From Patescibacteria group bacterium (lineage in GTDB: Bacteria; Patescibacteriota; JABMPQ01; JAHIRA01), in contig JAHISJ010000012.1 of NCBI GenBank assembly GCA_018818205.1, positions 21,523 through 85,522 of the forward strand: a stretch of DNA of 64,000 nucleotides, written 5' to 3'. This document shows, piece after piece, positions 48,870 through 59,148 of this stretch (positions are counted from its first letter, which is position 1; the number at the start of each line of letters is the position of its first letter). The notes under the pieces are model-generated. The model saw only the letters and a program-made list of their open reading frames with translations, ran no database searches and was not told the DNA's origin. The position numbers were made by a program, and so were the translations under genes.

Positions 48870-49742
48870 TTACCTAACGTTCATTGTGGCTGCATTATAG
48901 GTCAAAGTAACAAAATCGTCAAGCGTAAGCCGCTCCGGCCGCGTGCCCGGATTAATACCAATTGACTCAAGCCACGCTCTTGCCGCTTCCTTCTCCATAT
49001 GAAAAAGCGCCGCTACACTGTTTCTAAGCTGCTTCCTTTTGCCGGCAAAAACACCTCTTAGAATGCTGAAAAAAAGTTTTTGGTCAACATCCGGAACCGC
49101 ACTTTTTATCTCCATATGAATCACCGCAGAATCAACAGCGGGTACCGGAAAAAAGTGCTCTCTTGAGACATCAAAACAGTACGAGACTTCTGCAAAAAAC
49201 TGAGCTGCAATAGAAGGAATGCTGCTCTTCCCTTCTACCTCCGTAAGCCTCATCGCAACTTCTTTTTGTACCATAAGTGTGAGTGAACGAGGCTTGAGCG
49301 TATTTTCTAAAAAGTAAGGGATGAGCTTCCCGGTAAGATAGTACGGAATATTGGACACCACATGATACGACCCGATTGACCTGTTTAAATCGTGCACAAT
49401 TGGTTCTTTTTTTTGATCCCTAAAAAGAGTGTCTATATGTAGCTTCAAAATATCCTCGTGAATAAGAGTCAGTTTCGCGTTGTTGTTATATTTTTTTGAC
49501 AGAAATCCGTAGAGATCATCAGACAGTTCTATAGCATAGACATGCTTAACCTTTCTCAGAAGCTCTTCGGTTAAAAAGCCAATGCCGGGACCAACCTCAA
49601 GAACCGTACCATCACTCTTTACGCCAGATACTTCTACTACCGCATCTCTCATTTCTTCCGAAATCAAAAAATGCTGACCGAGGGTTTTGTTTGCCCTGAG
49701 ACCTGCCTTTTTTAGTTCTTGTTTAATGTGTTCCTCTAACAT
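48870..49742 (-). CDS. rsmA: 16S rRNA m6,2A dimethyltransferase
   Basis: LGQHFL, LEVGPGIG, SNIPYY, MVQKEVA, PAVDSAV, KRKQLRN. Confidence 0.95.
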   Translation of the reverse strand: MLEEHIKQELKKAGLRANKTLGQHFLISEEMRDAVVEVSGVKSDGTVLEVGPGIGFLTEELLRKVKHVYAIELSDDLYGFLSKKYNNNAKLTLIHEDILKLHIDTLFRDQKKEPIVHDLNRSIGSYHVVSNIPYYLTGKLIPYFLENTLKPRSLTLMVQKEVAMRLTEVEGKSSIPSIAAQFFAEVSYCFDVSREHFFPVPAVDSAVIHMEIKSAVPDVDQKLFFSILRGVFAGKRKQLRNSVAALFHMEKEAARAWLESIGINPGTRPERLTLDDFVTLTYNAATMNVR

Positions 49743-49744
49743 GA

Positions 49745-50746
49745 TTAGTGTGATCGATTACTAATAAAATCAATGCATGACCTAAGCTCATCAGTGCATT
49801 TGAAATCCAGTGTAGCAAGCAGCGTATCAATATCTTTTCTGTATTGTTGAGCCAAACATGAGATCTCCTGCTGTATTGCCAGTATATCACTCTTTTTAAG
49901 TTCATCTAGGGAAGTACTATCCATGCCCCTATTTCGCAAAAGCAGGGTGACATAGGTCGCCTTTTTTTGACTCAAGTCGCTTGAAACCCCCTTCCCCGTT
50001 TTGTTACTTTCACCCAAGACAGAGAGATAATCATCTGTCATTTGATACAGCTGTCCGAGCAGATAGGAAACTTTTTTAAGCGACTCGAGTGTTTTAGGAG
50101 ATGCACCGGCCATATGTGCGCCAAGCACCAGCGTTGCGTTAAGCGAATAGCTCGTTGTTTTGAGATCAACAAGAAGTGCGACATCCTCCTGAGTAAGTCC
50201 TTGAGCACTATCTATGGTTATGTCTTTAAACTCTCCCACGCCAGCTCTCACCGCCTGGGAATTTAGATATGACAGCGCAGACATTTTTGTGTCAGGGGGG
50301 ACAGAAGACGTAAGCATGATATCATACGCGTGTGTAATAAGGATATTTGACAGTACTATCGCTTCCCGCACGGACGTTCTCTCAAAGCTGCTGTGGTTTT
50401 CGGCTGATTCATCTGCGCCAGATGTAATGTGAAACGCATTTTTTGAACGACGAATCTTGTCCTCATCAAAAATATCGTCTTGTATAAGCAGTGCCGCATG
50501 ACCAAACTCAATACCAAGTGAAAAATCAAAGACGCCATCCGGCACCGAATCGGTAATAAGTCGATACCCAAGGCACGTTAAATAGCCTCGTAGTCTCTTG
50601 CCGCCTCTTTGCACATACTCACACAATCTTTTTTCTTCTTCCTGCAACTTATCTCTTTTAAGCACATCATCAAAAAAACGCGCTGCTTGCTCCGCAAATC
50701 GTTTTTGATACTCAGCTAGATTGTTTTCAAAAGAATGGCTATTCAC
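49745..50746 (-). CDS. Polyprenyl diphosphate synthase
   Basis: GGKRLR, QDDIFD..RR (FARM), QMTDDY...TGK..SDL (SARM). Confidence 0.9.
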   Translation of the reverse strand: MNSHSFENNLAEYQKRFAEQAARFFDDVLKRDKLQEEEKRLCEYVQRGGKRLRGYLTCLGYRLITDSVPDGVFDFSLGIEFGHAALLIQDDIFDEDKIRRSKNAFHITSGADESAENHSSFERTSVREAIVLSNILITHAYDIMLTSSVPPDTKMSALSYLNSQAVRAGVGEFKDITIDSAQGLTQEDVALLVDLKTTSYSLNATLVLGAHMAGASPKTLESLKKVSYLLGQLYQMTDDYLSVLGESNKTGKGVSSDLSQKKATYVTLLLRNRGMDSTSLDELKKSDILAIQQEISCLAQQYRKDIDTLLATLDFKCTDELRSCIDFISNRSH

Positions 50747-50812
50747 AGGATAAGAAAAAAACGTATAATAATTTCATATTGATATATCACTACCTTACCA
50801 AAACACACACCC

Positions 50813-52393
50813 ATGTTAAAAGGGCTTTTACACAAAATTGAAACGAGCAAGGTCTCTCTCAAAACGTGGATAGCGAGCTTTTTTTCTATAATCATGCTCA
50901 GAGTCATGCTTGAGAGCTTTTCTGCAAAGCAGGGTGACTTATTTACGATTACCTCGTTTGCGCATCTCTTCTTCTTTTTTATAAGCGCGATACTCACGCT
51001 TATTTTGATTATGCGGCTCTTTACTAAAGAGAGTATTGTTTCGATTAGTATTTTGGCGATGTGCGGATGGTTTGTCTCACTCACTCCTCCCATTGTTGAT
51101 CTGTTTGTCTCAAAAGGCAAGGGAGGCTATATCATTAGCTACCTCTTTGAACCAACGGACAATCTCTTCCATTCATTTATTACCTTTTTTGGTCCATCGC
51201 TTCAAAACGGAATGACATACGGGATTAGAACGCAGACTATACTGGCAATGCTCCTTGTGGGACTCTACGTCTATATAAAGACACGGGGAATACTGAGGAC
51301 TATATGCGCAGTCATTTTAGTGTACATTACGATTTTTTTCTTTGCGATTTTGCCCACCCTTCTTACCATGCTTGAAAAATGGTCATTTACCGTTACCAAA
51401 GCAGACGTAGTTGACTTTGCATTTTTGCCGCAAAAGATTTTTGGTATCTCTCTTATAAACCCCGCTAAGATTTTTGACTTTAAAATAACACTCGTTTTGA
51501 CTCTGATTGTCGCACTTGAACTTGCACTGTGGTTTTTTCTCTACAATAAAGAAAAGTGGATTGCGCTTATTAAAAATTTTCGATACTCGCGGTTTCTTCT
51601 AAGTATTACCGCCCTTGGAACCGGCATGTATATTGGACTTAAAATAACCCAAAGCGCGTTTGTGCCGAGTTTTATGCACTGGATCGTTACAATAAACGCG
51701 CTGCTTATTCTCTTTGCTGCATGGATCTACTCTATTTGTACAAACGATATCACCGACCAAAAAATCGACAAAATCTCAAACCAAAAACGACCACTCATTA
51801 CCCGCATTCTTTCAACAAACGAAGTTGCAAACGTTGGACTTGTAGTAATGCTCCTTGCAAATGGAGTCGCGTTTACCCTTGGACTGAGGTTTCTAACCGT
51901 ATCGCTCACGCTTACCGCACTGACGTATCTTTACTCTGCCCCTCCCATTAGACTCAGACGATTTCCGTTTATATCGTCGCTCATTATTGCGCTCTCCGTG
52001 CTTTTGGCGCTTTTTCTTGGGTTTATGCTTATCTCAAAAGATCAGTCTCTTGTTGACTTCCCCAGCAGCATTATGATCACGGCAATAGTCCTCTTTACTC
52101 TGGTTGCTAATGTTAAGGATATTAAGGACTATAAAGGAGATAAAGAAGCAGGAATTATGACTATCCCCACAATCCTTGGACAAAAAAGGGGAAAGCTCGT
52201 TTTAGGTATATTAAACTTTATTTCGTTTATCCTCTTTGCAGCACTCCTTTCCTCAAACCGATTTTTGCTGCTAATTGCGTTTTGCTTTGGAGTACTCGCG
52301 TTTCTCCTTACGTATGATAAAAAAACACGGGAAGCGCCGCTTTTTGTCTTGTACTCCGTGTTTTTTGCGATAATGGTGGTGTTTTTGTATTAG
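50813..52393 (+). CDS. UbiA-family prenyltransferase with extra N-terminal membrane domain
   Basis: NDITDQKIDKISNQKRPL, YLYSAPPIRL, KDIKDYKGD..AGIMTIP. Confidence 0.85.
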   Translation: MLKGLLHKIETSKVSLKTWIASFFSIIMLRVMLESFSAKQGDLFTITSFAHLFFFFISAILTLILIMRLFTKESIVSISILAMCGWFVSLTPPIVDLFVSKGKGGYIISYLFEPTDNLFHSFITFFGPSLQNGMTYGIRTQTILAMLLVGLYVYIKTRGILRTICAVILVYITIFFFAILPTLLTMLEKWSFTVTKADVVDFAFLPQKIFGISLINPAKIFDFKITLVLTLIVALELALWFFLYNKEKWIALIKNFRYSRFLLSITALGTGMYIGLKITQSAFVPSFMHWIVTINALLILFAAWIYSICTNDITDQKIDKISNQKRPLITRILSTNEVANVGLVVMLLANGVAFTLGLRFLTVSLTLTALTYLYSAPPIRLRRFPFISSLIIALSVLLALFLGFMLISKDQSLVDFPSSIMITAIVLFTLVANVKDIKDYKGDKEAGIMTIPTILGQKRGKLVLGILNFISFILFAALLSSNRFLLLIAFCFGVLAFLLTYDKKTREAPLFVLYSVFFAIMVVFLY

Positions 52394-52708
52394 CACTTCT
52401 TGCTCATTTACTACATACCTACTACATCATTTTTGGTCTAGCATAAAGCATTTTATAGTATTCTGACGAACATCTTCGTGAAATCGCTACATACTTTTGT
52501 GCTCAAGTTGGAACATAGTTTTTCGGTTTTTCTGATTGTTTTATAAGCTCATTTTTATTGTACTCTTAAGTAATTGCCGAGATAGCTTGATAGCTCTTTT
52601 CACCAATACCAAGCCGTTCTCTAAGCATTGCACTTGTCATTCTTAATTCTTCTACATATCTCAATGAAGAAGTATTGAAAAAAAATGTAACTATGCTATA
52701 ATGAACTC

Positions 52709-52779
52709 GGAATTGTTTCCGCTCCAAACTGTAGCGTTTATCGCTGCGTTCCCTAAAGGGATAGGAGCGGAATTTTTTT
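52709..52779 (+). ncRNA. Candidate small structured RNA convergent with the DUF3800 gene
   Basis: TTGAAA-N16-(TG)TATAAT at 52675-52702; TTCCGCTCC/GGAGCGGAA stem enclosing two hairpins; T7 tail. Confidence 0.55.
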
Positions 52780-53413
52780 ATACAGGAGGCCATATTTGAA
52801 CTCGAATTTCACGATGTGAAATTAGTTTTCGAAACACGTTGTAATGCTTTTTTCTCTCAGATAACGATCTATTTATTGAACCCGCAACATAATCTGCTAA
52901 TTGCAAGAGATTGTTTGATTCCGATCTCTGCATTTTTACCTTTCTTATTACCTTCGTTTTATCATAGTTCATTTTTCTTCTAAGATATGTTCCGAGTTGT
53001 CTCTTGAAATCAAGGGAACCGGTCTGATCTATAATGACAGTAGAGTTTTGTAACTGCTGAGATGCGTTTTGAAAAACCAATCCACATGTATATTTATAGA
53101 ATGAACTCTTATCTTTAAACCCTTCTCCCCACAATTTTTTTGGGTTTTTATTAATCACTATTCCGTAATAGAAGAAATTATACTTAGCGATCGATCGAAG
53201 AAACATTTCTCTTACCTTATTTGAATTTACTTTAAAATGAAACTCACTGTTTTGTCTCCAGTCAAGTTTTCTTTTGAGTTCGTCAATGCTTCGATCGCAA
53301 GCTATTGCTTCCTCCTTGTCCTCAAAAACAACCAAAGCTACAGTAAAAAACTTACTGGATCCTTGTTTTTGATTCATACCAGAATCACCTGATTCGTCAA
53401 TAAAAACTAACAT
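52778..53413 (-). CDS. DUF3800 family protein (RNase H-like fold)
   Basis: FIDESGD, EFHF, QLADYVAG. Confidence 0.88.
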   Translation of the reverse strand: MLVFIDESGDSGMNQKQGSSKFFTVALVVFEDKEEAIACDRSIDELKRKLDWRQNSEFHFKVNSNKVREMFLRSIAKYNFFYYGIVINKNPKKLWGEGFKDKSSFYKYTCGLVFQNASQQLQNSTVIIDQTGSLDFKRQLGTYLRRKMNYDKTKVIRKVKMQRSESNNLLQLADYVAGSINRSLSERKKHYNVFRKLISHREIRVQIWPPV

Positions 53414-53443
53414 CGTTCTAAAAATTAACCTATAAATATCATA

Positions 53444-53956
53444 TCAATCAATTCTATTAAATAAATCATAGTTAGTCGCTAAGTACGATTCTTGTTCAAT
53501 AAACCCTTTATCAGGATTCCTAAGTAAAAATATAGCGTATCCAAGACATCTGTGGTTACCGTCTTGAATATAATAATTTGAGCCATGATTCTGTTCTCCA
53601 TTTTTTGCATCTCTAATAATCAAAGGTAAGAAACTTGGCAAATTACTTACTTTTAAAGTATAAATTGTAGTTTTTATAGTTTTTTTAAGATCCCAGTTAC
53701 TACTTAAAATGCCGTCATTATTTTCAAGCAACTTCATAGAGGTTTTTGCTACATTCTCAAGACGCCTGCCATTTTTTGTAATATCTTTTACTTCATCATT
53801 ATCTAGAAAACATAAATTCAAAAAATCGTTCTTTCCAAGTTTAACTAAATAATAGAACTTAAATTTATTCAGAGCTTCTTGATTGTCTTTATGATTACCT
53901 TGCTCTGCTAAGCAACTTTGAATAATAGATCTGCAGACTTTTTTTACTACAAGCAT
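53444..53956 (-). CDS. Hypothetical protein with ParB/Srx-like motif
   Basis: YYIQDGNHRCLG. Confidence 0.55.
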   Translation of the reverse strand: MLVVKKVCRSIIQSCLAEQGNHKDNQEALNKFKFYYLVKLGKNDFLNLCFLDNDEVKDITKNGRRLENVAKTSMKLLENNDGILSSNWDLKKTIKTTIYTLKVSNLPSFLPLIIRDAKNGEQNHGSNYYIQDGNHRCLGYAIFLLRNPDKGFIEQESYLATNYDLFNRID

Positions 53957-54144
53957 AATCCCATATTAACCTTCATTTCATTCCTTGCATAACTAATTAA
54001 TGTATTAATACCATTTTCTCTTTTTAAATACACAAGTTACTACTAGGTTCCAACCGAGAAACTGGAACCAATACTATTATATCTCGAATTTATTTTGCCA
54101 CAAATAATATCAATCTATCGTATTTCCTTGTTTAAGCCAAAAAA

Positions 54145-56355
54145 CTACTCCTTCTTCAACCCTGCAAAATCCGCCGCAATCTTCTTTACCCCATGTTGCG
54201 CAAACGCAATCTCAAGCACCGACCCATCTTCCTTAATCACAACCCCTTTACCAAATGCCGGATGCATCACTAAATCTCCTTGGTGGATATCGCTAATAAC
54301 GGTTTGAGGCTCTTCATTACTCTCTTCAACTTCTGGCACAGGGGTAAGATTGATATCACTATATTCTTTGAGTCCAAGCTCCTCTACATGCTCAGCAGGA
54401 ATATCCTCCAAAAACCGCGATGGTGCGTTATTTTGCGTTGCTCCAAAAAGCTCACGGTAAAGGGCTCTCAGCATAAACAAACGTTTTTTCGCACGAGTCA
54501 TTCCAACATAACAAAGACGCCTTTCTTCATCGAGTTCCTTCATATCAAAAAGCGACCGTGAATGGGGGAAAAGTGACTCCTCCATACCTATCAAGAACAC
54601 TTCGTCAAATTCAAGTCCTTTGGCACTATGGACAGTCATCAGCAGCACACGGTCATCATCAGATGCCCGCGCAACTGAAGAATTCTTGTCTGTTTCATCA
54701 ACATCACTCATAAGGCTAATTTCTTGGAGTAATGCCTCTAAATTCTCTCGCGTTGATTCAAACGTAAACTTTGACGTAACACTCTTAAGCTCCATAACAT
54801 TTTCATAGCGTATCTCCCCTTCATCACTCCCATCACGCAAAAAGGAACCAAGACCAGACGCGGTAACAATGTACTCAATAAGCTCATCAAGCGACAGTGT
54901 ATCGAGCTTCTCTTGGCCTTTTAAAATGATGTTTCTAAATGTAACGAGTCCATTTTTTGCAGCCCCCCTCAGTCCCGAGACAACGGTATCATTGCAGATA
55001 AGTGAAAAGAGTGATTGTCTGGTTGCGAGAGCCTCTTCCTCTAAAACAGCCAGTGTTTGCTTACCGATTTTTCGTGAAGGTACATTAACCACGCGAAGCA
55101 AACCAACCGTATCGTTTGGATTTAAAAGAAGCCGTAAATACGCCACTACATCTTTAATCTCTTTTCTATCATAAAACCGAACACCTCCCACAATTTTGTA
55201 GGGAATGCTGTGCTCCAAAAAGATCTCTTCAAGAACCCGTGATTGCACATTAGTGCGGTACAAAACGGCATGTTCAGCATTACGCTTTCCGTGGATATTC
55301 ACATTTTCTAAAATTCTGTCAGCCACAAATTGTGCTTCCTCAAATGCCGATTCTGAGGTATACAGCCCCACTCTGTCACCCTCGCCGGCTTCAGTCCACA
55401 GTTCCTTTTCCTTTCGCTCCTCAGCACCAAGGATAACCCCGTGCGCTGCGTCCAAAATGTTCTTGGTTGACCGATAATTTTGCTCAAGTTTAATAACTTT
55501 GGCGTTTTTAAAGTCCTTTTCAAAGTTCAAAATGTTGCGAATATCCGCACCCCGCCAACCGTAAATCGACTGCCAGTCGTCACCCACCACAAAGAGATTC
55601 TGATACTTTTCTGAAAACAGACGTAAAAATTCATACTGCGCTTTGTTGGTATCCTGATACTCGTCAATAAGAATATATCTAAAACGCTCCTGATACCGCT
55701 CAAGCGCCTTCTTATTATTAGTAAAAAGCGTAACGGATTGCATAATTAGGTCATCAAAATCAAGTGCATCTGCCTCCTGTAAAAAAGCCTGATACTCTTT
55801 ATATATCTTTGCTACCCGCTCAGTAAAATAATCGCCTCCCGCCTGTTTTAAGACATCTTCTGAGGTGAGCAGTTCATTTTTTGCCTGAGAAATAGCATGT
55901 TTTGCTGCATGGGGGTTAATGTCATTTTTTGCAATTCCCATCCGTTTTAGAACCTTTTTAACCGCAGAAAGTTGGTCATCTGAATCATAGACCACAAAAT
56001 GACGACTATACCCTAAACTCTGGGCTTCTCGCCTTAAAATCTGCACGGCAAGAGAGTGAAACGTGCCTACGTAAGGGTTATGGGGTGAAATAAATGGAGG
56101 GATCGAGGCATTACCAGGGGTTCCAAGCAAGCTAACAATACGGTCTTTCATCTCACTTGCCGCTTTGTTGGTAAACGTAACGGCAAGAATCGTCGCAGGA
56201 GCAACACCTGAATCAATAAGCTGAGCAACTCTATGAGTCAAAACACGCGTTTTCCCAGACCCTGCACCGGCAAGGACTAAAAGAGGACCGTCCTTGTGCA
56301 AAACGGCTTTTTTTTGTGGTTCGTTTAAGCTCTCTAAAATGTCAGTTTTTAGCAT
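54145..56355 (-). CDS. pcrA: UvrD/PcrA helicase
   Basis: LAGAGSGKT, TFTNKAA, DEYQDTN, QNYRS, EERRLCYVGMTRA, C-terminal Tudor-like domain. Confidence 0.96.
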   Translation of the reverse strand: MLKTDILESLNEPQKKAVLHKDGPLLVLAGAGSGKTRVLTHRVAQLIDSGVAPATILAVTFTNKAASEMKDRIVSLLGTPGNASIPPFISPHNPYVGTFHSLAVQILRREAQSLGYSRHFVVYDSDDQLSAVKKVLKRMGIAKNDINPHAAKHAISQAKNELLTSEDVLKQAGGDYFTERVAKIYKEYQAFLQEADALDFDDLIMQSVTLFTNNKKALERYQERFRYILIDEYQDTNKAQYEFLRLFSEKYQNLFVVGDDWQSIYGWRGADIRNILNFEKDFKNAKVIKLEQNYRSTKNILDAAHGVILGAEERKEKELWTEAGEGDRVGLYTSESAFEEAQFVADRILENVNIHGKRNAEHAVLYRTNVQSRVLEEIFLEHSIPYKIVGGVRFYDRKEIKDVVAYLRLLLNPNDTVGLLRVVNVPSRKIGKQTLAVLEEEALATRQSLFSLICNDTVVSGLRGAAKNGLVTFRNIILKGQEKLDTLSLDELIEYIVTASGLGSFLRDGSDEGEIRYENVMELKSVTSKFTFESTRENLEALLQEISLMSDVDETDKNSSVARASDDDRVLLMTVHSAKGLEFDEVFLIGMEESLFPHSRSLFDMKELDEERRLCYVGMTRAKKRLFMLRALYRELFGATQNNAPSRFLEDIPAEHVEELGLKEYSDINLTPVPEVEESNEEPQTVISDIHQGDLVMHPAFGKGVVIKEDGSVLEIAFAQHGVKKIAADFAGLKKE

Positions 56356-56555
56356 AAATAAGGTAAAATGTTAGTATTTGATAGGGTGTGTGCTTAACCA
56401 AGGGTAAAAACAGCGATTTACCCCTTTATTGGCTTATTTAAGGGATAAAACACCTATTTACCACGCCCTTTCATTATAGAATGTGTGGACAGTATGGGCA
56501 AGATGACTTCATGAAGGGCCGCTTTTTGGCTTAAACAAGGGGAAAACAAAATGTA

Positions 56556-56584
56556 TTGACTAAATTTTGGATTCCCATTAGTAT
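56556..56584 (+). promoter_or_regulatory. sigma70 promoter for the LysM-CHAP gene
   Basis: TTGACT-N17-TAGTAT. Confidence 0.65.
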
Positions 56585-56696
56585 GTGTACCACGAAAGTA
56601 AAATGATTTGCTTTCGTAAATACGTTCATTTAATAATAATAGAGCGAACGTATTTAAGTCTTTTAGCCGGATAGTTGTTGCTTTGCTGTTTTACGC

Positions 56697-58019
56697 TTGA
56701 ACTGGTTACCGGTTAGAGGAAGGGTGTCTACTATTACTAGTAGAAACAAGTACCCAACTTTTCTAAAATCTCCTTTTAAGGAGACAAGTTGGTTTACACG
56801 CACCGTACGCAACACAAAACAGTCACTCAAAAAATCAAAAGAACAACTAGTCTCCTATCTAAAACGTCTTCTTTCAGAAGAGAATAGACGATTTGTGATG
56901 GCGCTCGTATTGCTACTTGCAGTAGTTATTGCCGTAGTAAACATCATAAGTAAAGAAAACGAGCAGATCACCGTAAAGCCTGAGGAAAATAGTGTATTAG
57001 TATCACTCCTCTATGGTGACAACGGTATTGAGACCGTAACCAATGAGACACCGGTCTTAGTAAAAGAACAACGTCTCTCACCTATTGCTATTGCAAAGGC
57101 AGCTCCCGCAGAAGCTGAAAGCAGCAAGTCTGCTGTAGATAGCGCTGTTCCTCCTCCAGCAAATGACATGCAAAGCACCGTACAATTGCTGGGAAGCGAC
57201 ACGCTAGTCAGAAACAGTGCCGTTGATACGGTGGTCTCTGATAAGCCTCGTGAAGACATTGTTCAATATAAGGTAAGAACCGGCGATACGGTAACCTCAA
57301 TTGCTAAAAAGTTTAGCGTTGATGAGGGTACCATCCTTGAAGAGAATAAGCTCTTTGCCGATGATTACATCAAACCTGGTGACACCTTAACGATTCTACC
57401 CGTTGCCGGTACAACCGAGCGTGTAGACAAAGGTGAAACGCTTGAGAGTATTGCAAAAAAACATGGTGCCGACATGAATGAAGTGATGGCATTTAACGAC
57501 ATAGAAAATGCCGACGATGTTGAGTTTGCAGAAATACTCCTCATTCCCGGCGGTAAAAGAGAAGTCAAGAACAGACCAAAACCTGAACCAGTTCAAACTG
57601 TTGCTGCTGCACCAACACGCCAGCAAGCAAGCACTCGTACTTCATCTTCAAGCAGCCAGACCTCAACGTCTAAGTCAACGCAAAAACCTGTTGTTAAAAA
57701 AGGTTCACGCGTAGGCAATAGATTCCCTTGGGGTTGGTGTACCTGGTACGTTGCTGAAAAACGTGGTGATGTTACCTGGCGTGGAAACGCAGGTACCTGG
57801 CTCGGTGGTGCAAGAAGCTCTGGACGTGCAACAGGTTCTGTCCCTGCCGTTGGCGCCATTATGGTGACCGGTGAGAGTGGCTATGGACACGTTGCCTATG
57901 TTGAAGCGGTCAACGGTAGCCAGGTCACGGTCTCAGAAATGAACTATCGTGGATTTGGTGTCGTGAGTAGCAGAACCATTTCTTCGGGTAGTCGTGTTAT
58001 TAAGGGGTACGTGTATTAA
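56697..58019 (+). CDS. LysM x2 + CHAP peptidoglycan hydrolase (start uncertain)
   Basis: YKVRTGDTVTSIAKKF, GETLESIAKKH; FPWGWCTWYV...GNAGTW...YGHVAYVE...SEMNY. Confidence 0.9.
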   Translation: MNWLPVRGRVSTITSRNKYPTFLKSPFKETSWFTRTVRNTKQSLKKSKEQLVSYLKRLLSEENRRFVMALVLLLAVVIAVVNIISKENEQITVKPEENSVLVSLLYGDNGIETVTNETPVLVKEQRLSPIAIAKAAPAEAESSKSAVDSAVPPPANDMQSTVQLLGSDTLVRNSAVDTVVSDKPREDIVQYKVRTGDTVTSIAKKFSVDEGTILEENKLFADDYIKPGDTLTILPVAGTTERVDKGETLESIAKKHGADMNEVMAFNDIENADDVEFAEILLIPGGKREVKNRPKPEPVQTVAAAPTRQQASTRTSSSSSQTSTSKSTQKPVVKKGSRVGNRFPWGWCTWYVAEKRGDVTWRGNAGTWLGGARSSGRATGSVPAVGAIMVTGESGYGHVAYVEAVNGSQVTVSEMNYRGFGVVSSRTISSGSRVIKGYVY

Positions 58020-58092
58020 AAAACGGGTGGGCATAAAGCCCTCCCCTACGAATCATTTCTGTGTACGGGTGGGCTTTATGCCCACCCGTTTT
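58019..58092. repeat. REP-like long palindrome / terminator
   Basis: AAAACGGGTGGGCATAAAGCCC ... GGGCTTTATGCCCACCCGTTTT. Confidence 0.75.
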
Positions 58093-58200
58093 ATTTGCAT
58101 TATTTTTATCCACACCTTTGGCCATAATGCCTTAAAAATGGCACCATTGTGTAAAAATAGCGCTTATTTAAAGGCTTAAACTGGGGTTTATTAAAATGTA

Positions 58201-58229
58201 TTGACATTATTTTATAGATATGCTAATAT
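58201..58229 (+). promoter_or_regulatory. sigma70 promoter upstream of the lytic transglycosylase
   Basis: TTGACA-N17-TAATAT with an extended TG. Confidence 0.7.
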
Positions 58230-58434
58230 AGACTTTGTCATTATAGGTCAGGGCGATAAGCCCTGTTTTTTCTTTCTAAAAATACTTAAGTCAATAGAAA
58301 CGCCACGTGCCTTTAAAGCACGTGGGAAGAGGGATCTTCTATTAAAGAAAGCTTTACTAGAAGAGTGGTGAGATTTAAGTAGCCGGGAATAGTCTCCTGG
58401 TAAGTAGAAACCCTAGAGTGGCACGTACTACACT

Positions 58435-59082
58435 ATGATTACAATGTTTGCAAGTGCACTTGGTGTTATGATGCTTGTCTCCCCCACTATTATGAATGAA
58501 CCTGACACCAAGGCATATGAGACAGAAGCAGTTGTAGAACAGTCGCATGGCGAAACTGAACATATTCGCCCACTCGAAGAAAGAATAGATCTTTCAAAAT
58601 CTATAGAGACTACTGAAGGTACCGCAACCGGTGCGACGGTAGTCTTAGAACAGAAGTCACTTGAACGTGTCAAAAACGCTGAGAAGCTTGCCTATGAAGA
58701 AGCTAAGCGCAATGATACCACTGGGTTTGACCTTGTATATAGGGCAGCCGGTGAAAAGTATGGTATTCCATGGGAAGTGCTTTCTGCGGTTCATAAAGTA
58801 GAAACCGGCAGACGTGGTAATACCGGAATCGCAAGTTATGCTGGTGCAACCGGACCTATGCAATTTTTACCCTCAACGTTTAGACGCTACGGTGTCGACG
58901 GTGATGGTGACGGCGTTGCAAGCATAAATGATTCCGATGATGCCATCTACTCAGCAGCGAACTATCTTGCTGCAAGTGGCGGTAGCTCAAGCATCAGACG
59001 AGGACTCTATGCATACAATCACTCAGATGCGTATGTAAACAAAGTCCTCGGTGTTGCACGATCTATTGGATATAGAGGATAA
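58435..59082 (+). CDS. Lytic transglycosylase (SLT/MltB-like)
   Basis: PWEVLSAVHKVET, AGATGPMQFLPSTF, DGDGDG, AANYL, AYNHS..YV. Confidence 0.9.
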   Translation: MITMFASALGVMMLVSPTIMNEPDTKAYETEAVVEQSHGETEHIRPLEERIDLSKSIETTEGTATGATVVLEQKSLERVKNAEKLAYEEAKRNDTTGFDLVYRAAGEKYGIPWEVLSAVHKVETGRRGNTGIASYAGATGPMQFLPSTFRRYGVDGDGDGVASINDSDDAIYSAANYLAASGGSSSIRRGLYAYNHSDAYVNKVLGVARSIGYRG

Positions 59083-59105
59083 GTAAAAATTAGTTGAACG
59101 AAGAT

Positions 59106-59136
59106 AAAACACCCCTACACATGTAGGGGTGTTTTT
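59106..59136. terminator. Bidirectional intrinsic terminator
   Basis: AAAACACCCCTACA-CA-TGTAGGGGTGTTTT between convergent genes. Confidence 0.8.
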
Positions 59137-59148
59137 GTTTCTTGATAC

